Both the position numbers and the translations under genes were made by a program. The notes under the pieces were generated by a model. That model saw only the letters and a list, made by a program, of their open reading frames with translations. It was not told where the DNA came from and searched no databases. This document shows, in pieces, positions 1 to 10,248 of a DNA stretch of 64,000 nucleotides; positions within the stretch are counted from its first letter, which is position 1; each line of letters opens with the position of its first letter. The DNA comes from Methanomassiliicoccaceae archaeon (lineage in GTDB: Archaea > Thermoplasmatota > Thermoplasmata > Methanomassiliicoccales > Methanomassiliicoccaceae): positions 352,001 through 416,000 of the forward strand of contig CAVSJV010000017.1 in assembly GCA_963728405.1 (NCBI GenBank). Reading direction: 5' to 3'.

Positions 1-1730
1 GGATCTCCGATACCAGCACACGGGGGTTCTCGACGTTACCGACCAGGTCGCCGTTGACGTAGACCTTGGCCCCGCCGATCATCTCACCGGCCTTCACTTC
101 CACTACGCCGCGGTCGCGAAGGAGCCACTGGACGTCCTCCTCGCGGAACCCCTCGGAGCACGTCGATGATCAGTGCGGCGTTCTTCACCAGTCCGCAATT
201 CTGACCCTCGGGGGTCTCGTTCGGGCACAACCGTCCCCATTGGGTGGGGTGCAGGTCACGCGCCTCGAAGTGAGGCTGCGAGCGAGTGAGCGAGGAGGTG
301 ATCCTCCTCAGGTGGGAAAGGGTGCTCATGTTGGACGTGCGGTCCAACAGTTGCGATACGCCTGCCCTTCCGCCCACCCAGTTGCCGGTGGCGAGGGCGT
401 GGAGCAATCTATGAGTAAGCAGGTCGGGCCGGATGGCCGAGGCGATCCGGAGGTCCTTCTTACGAGCGAAGCTCCGTTCTAGCTGGTACTTCAGGTCCTT
501 CATCAGGTTGGTGAAGGAGACCCGGAAGAGGTCCTCCATGAGGTCCCCCGACAGCTTCAGGCGCTTGTTCGCATAGTGGTCCTTGTCATCCTCTTTTCTC
601 ATTCCGATGCTCAGTTCGAGAACGGAACGAGCGATCCTTCCAAGGAAATAGGCCTTCTTGATGCGGTCCTCCTTGGTGTCCCCTAGGTGGGGCAGCAGGG
701 ACCGGTCGATGATGGACTCCACCTTCTTCTCCCGATACTCCCTGGCCTGCCCGGTAGCGAACTTACGCTCCAGGAAGTTGAGGGCGTCCTCGGTGGTGAA
801 GACCCCGTTTGGAGGGTAGAGCTTCTTGTCGTGGCACTCCTCGATGTTGGCGTATAATATGTTCGCCATGTCGGGGACGCTCACTATGGCATCGTAGATC
901 TCCTTGTCGTTCTCCATCCCCAGGGCCTTCATCAGGATGACCAGGGGGATCTGACCGGAGGCGGCCGGGACGGTGACCATAAGGATGCCGTCCTTCTTCT
1001 TCTCCACCAGGGTCAGGGCGCGGTAGCCTTCCTTCTGAGAGAATACCTTGGCCACCTCGAGCTGGGTGCCGTAACGCTCATTGTACTCGACCAATACTCT
1101 GTTAGGAGCAAGGTCCTCCAAGGAGATGAGCACCCTCTCGGTCCCACCGATGATGAAATATCCGCCGGGGTCGGCAGGGTCCTCGCCGTACTCGATGAGC
1201 TTATCCCTATACTCGGACTCGCTGATCTCGCGCTCCTCCTCCATGTTCTCCTTGAAGAGGTTACAGCGCTTGGAGCGGAGCATGATCGGCAGGTCGCCGA
1301 TATGCACTTTCTCCGGCCCCTTCTCGATGCCATCCTCAGTTATTGTGAACTCCAGTTCGATTGGAGCAAGATAGTTCAGATTGCGCAGCCTTGCCTCCAT
1401 GGGGGTGAGGCGGTGCGTGGCGCCGTTGGCCTCCCTTACAACCGGATTAAGGATCCGGATGGTGGGCCGGCTGTACTGGGGATCGATGTTTCCGGTTTTC
1501 TCTTCCCGGCGGCGGCCGACCCGGATCTCGACCTTACGGCCGTCGGTTCGGTCCTCCTCCAGCTTGATTATTCCCCTGCTGGTGTCGTCGGCAGAGACCC
1601 GGAGGTTGTCCACGATCTTCTGCATGCGGCTGTTGGGATTATCCATCGTCGAGAGAAAATCGTTAAAACTCGAGATATGGTGGTTAACGATGGACCGATC
1701 CTTGAAATAAAGTTCGATTAGATCACGCAA
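1..1730 (-). CDS. rpoB: DNA-directed RNA polymerase subunit B (Rpo2), fused form; runs off the window; +1 frameshift near 158
   Basis: Motifs PMEARLRNLNY, GGYFIIGGTERV and RDLHPTQWGRLCPNETPEGQNCGLVKN. Removing one base near 158 continues the frame as IIDVSEGFREEDVQWLL...VYVNGDLVG to the window edge. Confidence 0.97.
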
Positions 1731-1737
1731 TTCAGTT

Positions 1738-2010
1738 TCACCCCTTGAGCTCCTTGCTGATGACCAGACGATACAAGATAGACTCCTCGGCGGTCTCGCT
1801 CTTCCTTCTTATCTGAATAATTCGACCGGGGGTTATGGGACCTTCGATACGCTCCATGAGCCGGATACAGGCATCATCCCTCCGGATCTTGGGTAGCTGG
1901 TCTTTAGTTATCCTCAATTTGGCCAAGACTTTCTCGGCCTCCTGCTCCGATAGCAGGGAATGCTCTGGCACGAGATCGTGCTCTAAAACATGTAAATCCG
2001 ACTCGACCAC
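1738..2010 (-). CDS. rpoH: RNA polymerase subunit H (Rpo5)
   Basis: HDLVPEH...QLPKIRRDD...IIQIRRKSETA...YRLV; lies directly upstream of rpoB. Confidence 0.95.
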   Translation of the reverse strand: MVESDLHVLEHDLVPEHSLLSEQEAEKVLAKLRITKDQLPKIRRDDACIRLMERIEGPITPGRIIQIRRKSETAEESILYRLVISKELKG

Positions 2011-2132
2011 CTAATTCACCTCGCCCTTGAATACTTGGAAATCGTTTTTACTAAGAGTCAGGGTTATAAAAGACCACCGCACTGGCTTTCCGAACGTTGT
2101 ACCTTCCATCGTTCTTCTACCTCTCTCCAGGG

Positions 2133-2273
2133 CGGGCCCGCGGGGATTTTCGGAGCGCACGGGAAGGCCGCGCACCTTTCGAACCCCGGACCACCTGGTT
2201 AAAAGCCAGATGCTCTTTCTAGGGATGGCGATTTGTTTAGGACCGCCGTCCTACCTAGCTGAGCTACGGGCCC
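2133..2273 (-). tRNA. tRNA-Lys(UUU) with two non-canonical introns (2217-2252 in the D-loop; 2147-2177 in the T-loop)
   Basis: Removing 36-nt and 31-nt inserts gives a 74-nt cloverleaf GGGCCCGTAGCTCAGCTAGGTAGAGCATCTGGCTTTTAACCAGGTGGTCCGGGGTTCGAATCCCCGCGGGCCCG. Anticodon TTT at 2202-2204. Confidence 0.93.
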
Positions 2274-2429
2274 ATTGCAAGCTAGTAGGCATTGCAGAAC
2301 CCCATGTAAAGACTCAAATTATTTAAAGGTTCCTATTGGAGGGGAACCAGGGGTCCGAACGACGACGGTTCTCGTACTTCGGCCCCCTGCACGGCGCCTC
2401 GCAATATGATCGGCCCCATATATGATATG

Positions 2430-3149
2430 TCAATGCAATCCGCGCATCTTGCATTCCCGGTCCCAGAGCCTTTGCTGGACCGCCTCGCTCCGCAGTTCCC
2501 TGAGCGCATCGGCGGCGATCCACCGACCAGACCGGCTACCAGCAGCCTGGATGCGTTCGCCGCAGGCGATGGCCTCTTCGTTCAGGACCCTGTTCCTCTT
2601 TCCTATCTGCCGCAACGCCCAGTTGACCGCCTTCTTGACGTAGTTGCGGTCGTCCGAGGCGGCCTGCTCTATCATCGGCAACAGTTCCAAGAACCTGCTG
2701 TCGACCGCGCTCTTGTCATGCACAGCAAGCGCGGCCATCAAGACGAAGGCGGCCCTTTTGACGTAGGTCCCCTCCCGGACGGACCATTCGGCCGCTTTCT
2801 TCCAGTTCGGGGCCGCGTATGAGAAGAGATTGCTACAGCACTGGTCGCACAGGTCCCAGGAGCAGAAACCGGCCGCCCACGCTTCCATCTGTTCTTCCGA
2901 TACCAGCGCGGGATTGTCGATCATGGTGGCGAGGATACGGGCCTCATGAATATCCGTCCCCCATAGCGCCTCTGCCAGTTCGTGGTCCTTCCCCATGCGC
3001 TTGGCCAGGGCCCGCAGTTGGGGTATAGGGGTTCCTCCCAGGGCCTTATCGGTCGCTATTCCGTACCTGGCCATTCCCGCCAGTGATGCGGGATCGGACC
3101 GGCCCCTTAGCTCACCCATGACCTCGGTGAGACGCTCGTCGGTGCTCAT
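2430..3149 (-). CDS. DNA alkylation repair protein (AlkD-like HEAT-repeat glycosylase)
   Basis: SWDLCD, W....Y.KRAAF and D.RNYVKKAVNWALRQIGKRN motifs. Start moved to MSTDERL to avoid overlap with the divergent gene. Confidence 0.88.
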   Translation of the reverse strand: MSTDERLTEVMGELRGRSDPASLAGMARYGIATDKALGGTPIPQLRALAKRMGKDHELAEALWGTDIHEARILATMIDNPALVSEEQMEAWAAGFCSWDLCDQCCSNLFSYAAPNWKKAAEWSVREGTYVKRAAFVLMAALAVHDKSAVDSRFLELLPMIEQAASDDRNYVKKAVNWALRQIGKRNRVLNEEAIACGERIQAAGSRSGRWIAADALRELRSEAVQQRLWDRECKMRGLH

Positions 3150-3235
3150 CCTATCGCCCTCGCACGGTGGTCCCGAACAAAATATGTTCGCCGACAGAGG
3201 CTTATCTTGCTCAAGTATTGCCTCACTAGGGGACC

Positions 3236-3967
3236 ATGAAGATCGCTCACATCTCCGACCTGCACTTTGCCAGCTCACTGTTCGTCCAGAAATGGGCCGA
3301 TAACGTGGCCAAGAAGATCGAGGAGGAACGTCCGGACCTGCTGGTGGTCACCGGCGACCTGACCACCGAAGGCTACATCCCGGAGTTCGAGATGGCCAAA
3401 AGCTTCCTGGACCAGCTGGATACCAAGGACCGGCTGATCGTTCCCGGCAACCATGACGCCCGGAACCTGGGCTATACAGTGTTCGAGGAACTGTTCGGTC
3501 CGCGTTTCCCATGTTTCAGAGGGGGAGGCGTCACGGTGCTGGGTCTTGATTCTACCGAGCCCGATGTGGACGACGGCCACGTGGGAAGGGAGCATTACGA
3601 CACCATCAGGGAGAGCCTCTCGGGGCCGAACGTTCGCATCCTGGCACTGCACCATCACCTCATTCCGATCCCTGGCACCGGCCGAGAGCGGCAGATACCG
3701 ACCGACGCGGGCGACCTGCTGGGCGTCTGCAAGGAGGTGTCTATGGACATCGTGCTATCGGGCCACAAGCATCTACCCTGGACCTGGAACCTCGACGGCT
3801 GCTACTTCATCACCACCGCCACTTCCACCACCCGCCGGCTCAAAGGTCGGTCCCGTCCGGCCATGGGTATCCTGGAGATCGAGAACCACCAGCTCACGCT
3901 GACCGAGGTCAAGACCGACGACCTGACCACCTCGGTGATGCTCAGGACCCGGCTCAGAGACCATTGA
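3236..3967 (+). CDS. Metallophosphoesterase (Icc/CpdA-like calcineurin family)
   Basis: DLH, GDLT, GNHD, HHH and GHKH motifs. Confidence 0.9.
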   Translation: MKIAHISDLHFASSLFVQKWADNVAKKIEEERPDLLVVTGDLTTEGYIPEFEMAKSFLDQLDTKDRLIVPGNHDARNLGYTVFEELFGPRFPCFRGGGVTVLGLDSTEPDVDDGHVGREHYDTIRESLSGPNVRILALHHHLIPIPGTGRERQIPTDAGDLLGVCKEVSMDIVLSGHKHLPWTWNLDGCYFITTATSTTRRLKGRSRPAMGILEIENHQLTLTEVKTDDLTTSVMLRTRLRDH

Positions 3968-3994
3968 TATCCTAGCGGTTCCCACATCCTAGCG

Positions 3995-5008
3995 ATGCCC
4001 GCGCAGGGGTCGGGGAAGATCAACGGGAACCATGGAAGGACCGTTTCCGTAGTTGAATACGATGAGACCGCCGCCGACCGGGAGGAGGTGGCCGATATCG
4101 GAGCGGCCCTGGATCGGATCGGTCGGCGCAAGGTCACCTGGATCGTGGTCAAAGGGCGCCTCGAAGGTCGGGACCTGGTCGCCATTCGTGATCGGCTGGG
4201 ACTGCACCCGGTCGTGGTAGGCGAGCTATCGGAAGGGTATACCGACCGCCCTAAGCTGATCGATTTCCAAAATCTGATATTCGTATCGTGGAAGCTCCTC
4301 GAGCTCAATGGTGCGGCGGTCGAGGAGGGGCGGGCCACCAGCCTGCTGGGAAAGGGGTATCTTCTGACCATCATTCCCTCGGACCGTGACTTCCTCAAGA
4401 CGGTGGAGGCACTGAAGAACGACCGCAATCAGATCAGGAAGATGGGCGTTGATTACCTGCTCTATGACCTAATCGATACGGTCATCGATGAGTACTTCAC
4501 GGTATCGGAGGAGCTAGGCAATCTGATCGAGGAGGCCCAGGACCGCATCTTGGAAGGAGCGGGAAAGGAAGCGCTGATGGACGTGGAGAGGCTGAGGCGC
4601 GCCATTATCAGGGTGCGCAAGGCCATCTGGCCTCTCCGGGAAGCGGTCAATGCCCTGGTCAAGGGGCAGTCGGACCTGGTCGATGATTACACCGCCCCCT
4701 ACTACCGGGATGCTTACGACCACACCATCGAGCTGATGGATACCGTAGATACACATCGCGACATGCTCTCCGAGATGCTGGATATGTACCAGAGCCAGGT
4801 CAGCAACCAGCTCAACCAGGTGGTCAAGGTGCTCACTCTTATCGCGGTCATCTTCTCTCCCTTGACATTTATCGTCGGCCTGTATGGTATGAACTTCCAG
4901 TACATGCCCGAGCTCGGCACTACATTCGGATACCCGCTGGTGCTCGTCCTCATGCTAGTGATCTCGGTGGCCATGATGCTGCTCTTCCACAGAAAAGGGT
5001 GGTTCTAG
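3995..5008 (+). CDS. corA: Mg2+/Co2+ transporter CorA
   Basis: YGMNF..MPEL signature between two C-terminal TM helices. Confidence 0.95.
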   Translation: MPAQGSGKINGNHGRTVSVVEYDETAADREEVADIGAALDRIGRRKVTWIVVKGRLEGRDLVAIRDRLGLHPVVVGELSEGYTDRPKLIDFQNLIFVSWKLLELNGAAVEEGRATSLLGKGYLLTIIPSDRDFLKTVEALKNDRNQIRKMGVDYLLYDLIDTVIDEYFTVSEELGNLIEEAQDRILEGAGKEALMDVERLRRAIIRVRKAIWPLREAVNALVKGQSDLVDDYTAPYYRDAYDHTIELMDTVDTHRDMLSEMLDMYQSQVSNQLNQVVKVLTLIAVIFSPLTFIVGLYGMNFQYMPELGTTFGYPLVLVLMLVISVAMMLLFHRKGWF

Positions 5009-5071
5009 GCTCTCCGGCAAGGGCTTATATACCAAGACAAAACTGTATCGGCTCAACTTTCGGTGAGTTTC

Positions 5072-5243
5072 ATGGAATCTGAGAAGATTTGCAGTTCATG
5101 CGGCATTAGGTTGGGCAAGAACGACGGGATGACATTTCTTCAAGTGCCCCAATTGCGGAGAGGTAGAGATCGGCCGCTGCCCCAATTGCAGGGACCAGGG
5201 CATCGCATACACCTGCACCAAGTGCGGGTTCACTGGACCTTAG
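5072..5243 (+). CDS. Small double Zn-ribbon protein (DUF1610/HVO_2753-like); +1 frameshift near 5135
   Basis: Corrected translation [56 protein letters not shown] has four CxxC motifs. Usual position upstream of EF-1beta. Confidence 0.88.
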
Positions 5244-5252
5244 GTGTTTTGC

Positions 5253-5519
5253 ATGGGAAAGGTCGCCGCCGTCTACAACATGATCCCGGAGAGCCCTGAG
5301 GTTCCTACCGAGGATGTAATGAAAGCTATACCCACGGTCCTTCCCCAGGGCGTTGTGGTCAACAACATGGTGGTAAAGCCCTTCGCGTTCGGGCTCAACA
5401 TCATCGAGGTCACCTGCGTCATGGATGATGTCGAGGGGATCATCGAGAAGCTGGAGGAGGCCTTAAAGTCCGTCCCCCAGGTCCAGAGCGTCGACAGCGT
5501 CACCATAACGCTGATCTGA
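5253..5519 (+). CDS. ef1b: Elongation factor 1-beta
   Basis: MGKVAAVYNMIPESPEV...PFAFGL...VQSVD. Confidence 0.93.
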   Translation: MGKVAAVYNMIPESPEVPTEDVMKAIPTVLPQGVVVNNMVVKPFAFGLNIIEVTCVMDDVEGIIEKLEEALKSVPQVQSVDSVTITLI

Positions 5520-6296
5520 AACCTTTCTCGGCGCCCCGGCGCCGTTCCGATCATTCTTTTTCATTTTTATTACTAATTCCACTGTATACGATACGGTCTG
5601 GTCCCATTGCACGTTGAGGCCGTCGACCACAAAATCAAGGACGTGGCCTCCTTTGCTCAGATCGGTGCTGATGAAATGGAAGTGGAACCCGGCCGAGCTC
5701 AGTCCCGATGCGTCCGAAGGGCTCCATATGCCCACCATCGTACCAGCCAAGCTCTGATATTGGAACACCGTCTGATTTGCCAGGACATCGGCCAGCGGCG
5801 GGTAGGGAAGGACCTGCTCGGGCACCGACCGTACGGTGAGATTGTCGAAGATCCCATCGATCCGCAGAACATAGAAAGTGGTGAATGACGGGAGCGAGCC
5901 TTCGATAAGGGCCTCGGCCGCGCTCATGTTCAACGGACCCTGCAGAACGACCGTGCCGTCCACATCGAACCGGCTGACCTGAGCGAATGGCGTGGTCTCC
6001 TCGTTGGCGATCACCTGGACCGTGCCGTCGGTCAGCGCCTTGTAGCATTTGCCGCTGATCACGATCATCTCGCCGTCCAGTCCGTCAAAGGTGCCCAGGC
6101 CGATGTCCCCGTGGGAGAGCATCTCTCCCACCGACCCTTTTCCCCCGAACCGCCCCTGCACCAGGTCGTCCAAGGACCCTATTTGATAGAGGGTCTCCCG
6201 ATCAGGGTGGGAAGGGGTGGTAAGAACGAAGATACCAGTGGCGATCAAAGCAGTGACGATCACAGCGACCAGAGCGAGCTGGACCGGGCGGTTCAT
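5463..6296 (-). CDS. budA: Alpha-acetolactate decarboxylase with N-terminal membrane anchor; true stop probably near 5561
   Basis: GDIGLGTFDGLDGEM, TPFA and GFHFHF...GGHVLDF motifs; hydrophobic N-terminus. The C-terminal overlap with ef1b is probably a homopolymer error. Confidence 0.85.
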   Translation of the reverse strand: MNRPVQLALVAVIVTALIATGIFVLTTPSHPDRETLYQIGSLDDLVQGRFGGKGSVGEMLSHGDIGLGTFDGLDGEMIVISGKCYKALTDGTVQVIANEETTPFAQVSRFDVDGTVVLQGPLNMSAAEALIEGSLPSFTTFYVLRIDGIFDNLTVRSVPEQVLPYPPLADVLANQTVFQYQSLAGTMVGIWSPSDASGLSSAGFHFHFISTDLSKGGHVLDFVVDGLNVQWDQTVSYTVELVIKMKKNDRNGAGAPRKVSDQRYGDAVDALDLGDGL

Positions 6297-6354
6297 ACGA
6301 CCATTTATACTGTGCATATTTATAAATGGCAGCCTTTGATTGCTGGTTTTGATC

Positions 6355-6798
6355 TCAAGGCTCCAGGAGCTCGAATCCCGTGGCGATGTCCTTGATCCGC
6401 CTGGCATCGGTACCGACCAGCTCGAACATGATCACTTCCAGGATCAGCCATACTACCACGCCGCGGCGGATGCAGCCTACGGTGGCGCCGCCTTCCCGCC
6501 CTAGAGCGGTGTGGACGTGCAAACTGGGCCTTCCATTCTCGTCGGGAAAGAGCGTTCCGACCCCGGCCATCTCATGGGCCTTGGACAATAGGTGTCCCAG
6601 GGGGACGACCGGATGCGCATCCCCGTCCTCGGGACCGACCACCAGCCGGCTGCCCTTGTCGGCGGCCCCGACCATCAGGACGGTAGCTGAGCGGACGCCC
6701 TTATCGGCAGCGAACCGCTCGAGGACCTCGTGAACGATCTCACCCTGTTCTAGCCTTATGACAAAGACCCTGCCCGGCCTGGCCTCGGAATATCTCAT
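6355..6798 (-). CDS. PPC domain (DUF296) protein
   Basis: RVFVIRLEQGE, LHVH and LILEV pattern. Confidence 0.85.
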   Translation of the reverse strand: MRYSEARPGRVFVIRLEQGEIVHEVLERFAADKGVRSATVLMVGAADKGSRLVVGPEDGDAHPVVPLGHLLSKAHEMAGVGTLFPDENGRPSLHVHTALGREGGATVGCIRRGVVVWLILEVIMFELVGTDARRIKDIATGFELLEP

Positions 6799-6839
6799 CT
6801 TAGCACCAATGGATTAGGAAGGGTTTTGGAAAAAAGGTT

Positions 6840-8186
6840 TCACTCCGGCGGGTTCCGGATGTAGCCCGTGTCCATGAGCAGCTTGGTCTCGCCCCGCGCC
6901 CGCTTGATAGCGGTCTCGGCGCGGTGTCTGAGCTCGTCCCTGCTGAACTTGACCCTGGCCACGCCGGTCTCGATGGCCTTCATGCCCACTGCCACGGCTT
7001 CCCGAGGGAACACTTCCCAATCGTCCATGGTCGGAACGATGTAATCCTCGCTAAGACCCCTATCCTCGGCGGTCTTGGCGATCTCCAGGGCGGCGGCGAT
7101 GCACATCTCGTCGGTGATCGTTCTCGCCCTTACATCCAGAGCGCCACGGAAGATACCCGGGAAGCCCAGCGAGTTGTTGACCTGGTTGGGGAAGTCGGAA
7201 CGGCCGGTGGCGACGATACGCGCCCCGGCTTCCTTCGCTTCCCACGGCCAAATCTCCGGGATGGGGTTGGCGGTGGCGAACACGATGGCGTCGTTGGCCA
7301 TGCCCTTTACCCAGTCCTTGTGAATGACCCCGGGCCCGGGGCGGGAAGCGGCCACCACGATGTCCGCCCCCTTCATGGCCTCCTTGATCCCGCCGACCAC
7401 GTTCTCGGCATTGGAGTGGGTGCACATGAACCACTTCTCGGCATGCGTCTTCTTGATGTCCTCGCGCCCAGGGTGGAGGGTGCCCTTGCTGTCGACCATG
7501 ACGATGTTCTTGATGTTGAAACCCGCCGAGACCAAGACCCTGGAGATGGCGATGTTGGCGGCGCCCGCTCCGACCATGGCGACCTTGGACTCGCCGATCT
7601 TCTTGCCAACGACCTTGTGAGCGTTGATCGCGCCGGCCGTCTCGATGGTCGCTGTGCCCTGCTGATCATCATGCCATACCGGAATGTCCATCTCCGCCCT
7701 CAGGCGGTCCAGGATCTCGAAGCACTTAGGGTTCTCGATGTCCTCGAGGTTTATGCCTCCGAAGGAAGGGGCCAGGTACTTCACGGTCTTGATGATCTCC
7801 TCGGGATCCTTGGTAGCGAGGCAGATGGGGAAGGCGTCCACACCTCCCAGGTACTTGAACAGAAGGGCCTTTCCTTCCATGACCGGCAGGCCGGCCTCCG
7901 GCCCGATATCGCCCAGGCCAAGGACCCTGGTGCCATCGGAGACGATGGCCACCATGTTGCCCTTGCTGGTGTGCTCATATACCTTCTCGGGGTTCTTCTT
8001 GATGTCCTTGCACGGTTCAGCTACACCAGGAGTGTACCAGATGGCAAAGTCCTGGAAGTTCCTGACCGGGCACTTGGCAGTGATCTCGATCTTTCCTTCA
8101 TAGAAGGGGTGGTACTTCATGGCCAGCCGGGCCGGCTCGTACGCTTTTTTCAACAGTTCTTCCTCGGTCTTCTTGTCCATCGTCAT
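6840..8186 (-). CDS. NAD(P)-dependent malic enzyme
   Basis: YTPGVA, DGTRVLGLGDIG, GINLEDI, HDDQQGT, GAGAA and TGRSDFPNQVNN motifs. Confidence 0.96.
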   Translation of the reverse strand: MTMDKKTEEELLKKAYEPARLAMKYHPFYEGKIEITAKCPVRNFQDFAIWYTPGVAEPCKDIKKNPEKVYEHTSKGNMVAIVSDGTRVLGLGDIGPEAGLPVMEGKALLFKYLGGVDAFPICLATKDPEEIIKTVKYLAPSFGGINLEDIENPKCFEILDRLRAEMDIPVWHDDQQGTATIETAGAINAHKVVGKKIGESKVAMVGAGAANIAISRVLVSAGFNIKNIVMVDSKGTLHPGREDIKKTHAEKWFMCTHSNAENVVGGIKEAMKGADIVVAASRPGPGVIHKDWVKGMANDAIVFATANPIPEIWPWEAKEAGARIVATGRSDFPNQVNNSLGFPGIFRGALDVRARTITDEMCIAAALEIAKTAEDRGLSEDYIVPTMDDWEVFPREAVAVGMKAIETGVARVKFSRDELRHRAETAIKRARGETKLLMDTGYIRNPPE

Positions 8187-8578
8187 GTGAAACTCGCTCC
8201 ACCGGGTTTGACATTGTCTCGCAGGGCCCGGACCGCCTCGAAATCCCCCATTTTATTATTTAAGAGTATTGTGGGTTTTGCCGATGACGCGGCATTATCT
8301 GCGACCTGTGGGACGAAAATTTACATATATCGTAATGGAGCCCCGCAATTCGGACCAAAATAAGGTCGCAATATCATTCCATAGCGGTTCCACCCCATCA
8401 TCCAGTAGTAAAACAGCTCTCATCCATAGCATGCCCACGCCATAATGAGATCGTGCAGCAGACCATCTGTCCAGCCATCGCCCCGGTAGGTGCTGTCCTC
8501 GGACGGCACCCCCTCCCACAGCCCATCGGAGGGCCCGAGGCCAGCTTAGATATAGGCATGTCCACTTTCTTCGGTCCG

Positions 8579-10197
8579 ATGGCCAAGGTCCCGAGGGCGT
8601 TGATTGTCGACTGCTACATCGATGAGCCGGCCTGCCTGGGCGTACCTCCGTACCTTTCACCGCAGATCAGGGCGGCGGTGGGGGCGGCGAGGGAGGCAGG
8701 AGCGGAGGTGACCTACATGACCATCGACCATGTGCGCCAGGGAGCCCCTCTTCCAAAGGCAGAGGTAAGCCTGGTCATGGCCGGTGCGGCCGTACCGGGC
8801 AAGTATCTGAGGGCCCTGCCCGCCTCGGCGAGAGAAGTGGAGCATATCAGTGGGCAATTATCGGGCATAAGGGTCCTGGGCGGCCCAGCGGCCCTGGAAC
8901 CTCGGCTGTGGGAGGGGAAGTTCAACCTGATGGCGGGGCGGGACCCGGCGGCAGCGCTCCATGACATTCTATCGGGAAGGGAGCCGTCGGAACGGTGGCG
9001 CTCCATGGTGGAGTGGAACTCCTGGCTTCTGGCAGGGGCTGATTCGGTGCTCTCTCACCCCGATTTCCCCCAGCCGCTGGTGGCAGAGATCGAGACCTAT
9101 AGGGGGTGCGTTCGATATCGTTCAGGGGGATGCTCCTTCTGTGTCGAGCCGCTGAAAGGGGCACCGTTCTTCCGCGACGAAGAGGATATCATCGCCGAGT
9201 GCCAGAAGCTTCATGGGCTCGGGGTGAGGAATTTTCGGTTGGGAGCGCAGACCTGCATCATCTCATATAAGGCCGACCTGTCCGTGGGCGATCCTCCCCG
9301 ACCGAACCCGCAGGCGGTGGAGCGCCTGTTCTCCGGCATCTCCTCCCTGGGTGTGGACGTGCTCCATGTCGACAATGCCAATCCGGCGGTCATCGCCCAG
9401 TATCCCGAGGAGTCCAGGGAGGTCCTCGGGACGCTGGTCAGGCACTGTACCAGCGGCAACGTTCTCGCCCTGGGCATGGAGAGCGCCGATCCCGCAGTGG
9501 TAGGGCGAACAATCTGAATTCGACGCTCGGAACAAGTGATGGAGGCCATCGCCATGATCAACCAGATCGGCGGAGAGGTCGGCCATTCTGGTCTTCCGAA
9601 CCTGCTTCCCGGGCTTAACCTCATCATCGGCCTGGAGGGTGAGACCAAGGCGACCTGGAGATGGACAGGGCTTTCCTCGGTGAAGTGCTGGCACGCGGTC
9701 ACCTACTGCGCCGGATCAACGTCCGTCAGGTCATCCCCATCCGAAGAGACTTCCCTCCGACGGTCGGCCACGCCGAATTCGTACGGTTCAAGGAGACGGT
9801 CAGGAAGGAGGTCGATCGGCCCATGCTCCAGCGGCTGGTCCCACGCGGCCGGGTGCTGCGGAGAGTATACACCGAGCTGAAGGACGGGAACACCACCTTC
9901 GGCCGGCAGATCGGCTCATACCCCTTTCTCGTGGGCATACCTTATCCGTTGGAGATCGGCCGGTTCGTCGATGTCAAGGTCGTGGACTGGGGGTTCCGAA
10001 GCATTACCGCCATCGAGCATCCCCTGAGGATCAACACCTGCTCCCTGAGGGCGATGGAAGCGCTCCCGGGGATCGGCCGAAAGAGGGCCATCCGGCTGTT
10101 CCGGAAACGGCCGCTGAAGAACGCGCAGGACCTGGCCAAGGCCCTGGACGACGAGCAGGTGGCGGAGCAGACGCTCGAATACATCAGCTTTGAGTAA
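8579..10197 (+). CDS. Radical SAM protein with C-terminal TRAM-like and helix-hairpin-helix domains (COG1031-like); frameshifts near 9505 and 9655
   Basis: YIDEPACLGVPPY, ETYRGCVRYRSGGCSFC, LHVDNANP, TFGRQIGSYP and LPGIGRKRA motifs, spread over three adjacent ORFs. Confidence 0.85.
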
Positions 10198-10248
10198 TGC
10201 GAAACAGAATTGTATATTATTTATCATCGCATGACCTGACTCGGAACA

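Noticed and set aside
84-1730. Split rpoB (B''/B') or programmed frameshifting in essential genes
   Set aside because: A one-base correction restores a continuous frame. Similar indels hit many unrelated essential genes without slippery sites, so they are best read as assembly errors.
2341-2400. Pyrrolysine tRNA
   Set aside because: No CUA anticodon loop or cloverleaf could be built.
6924-8363. Long antisense ORFs (also 25788-27092, 50933-51895, 62205-63260 and others)
   Set aside because: Shadows of GC-rich genes on the opposite strand with no motifs of their own.
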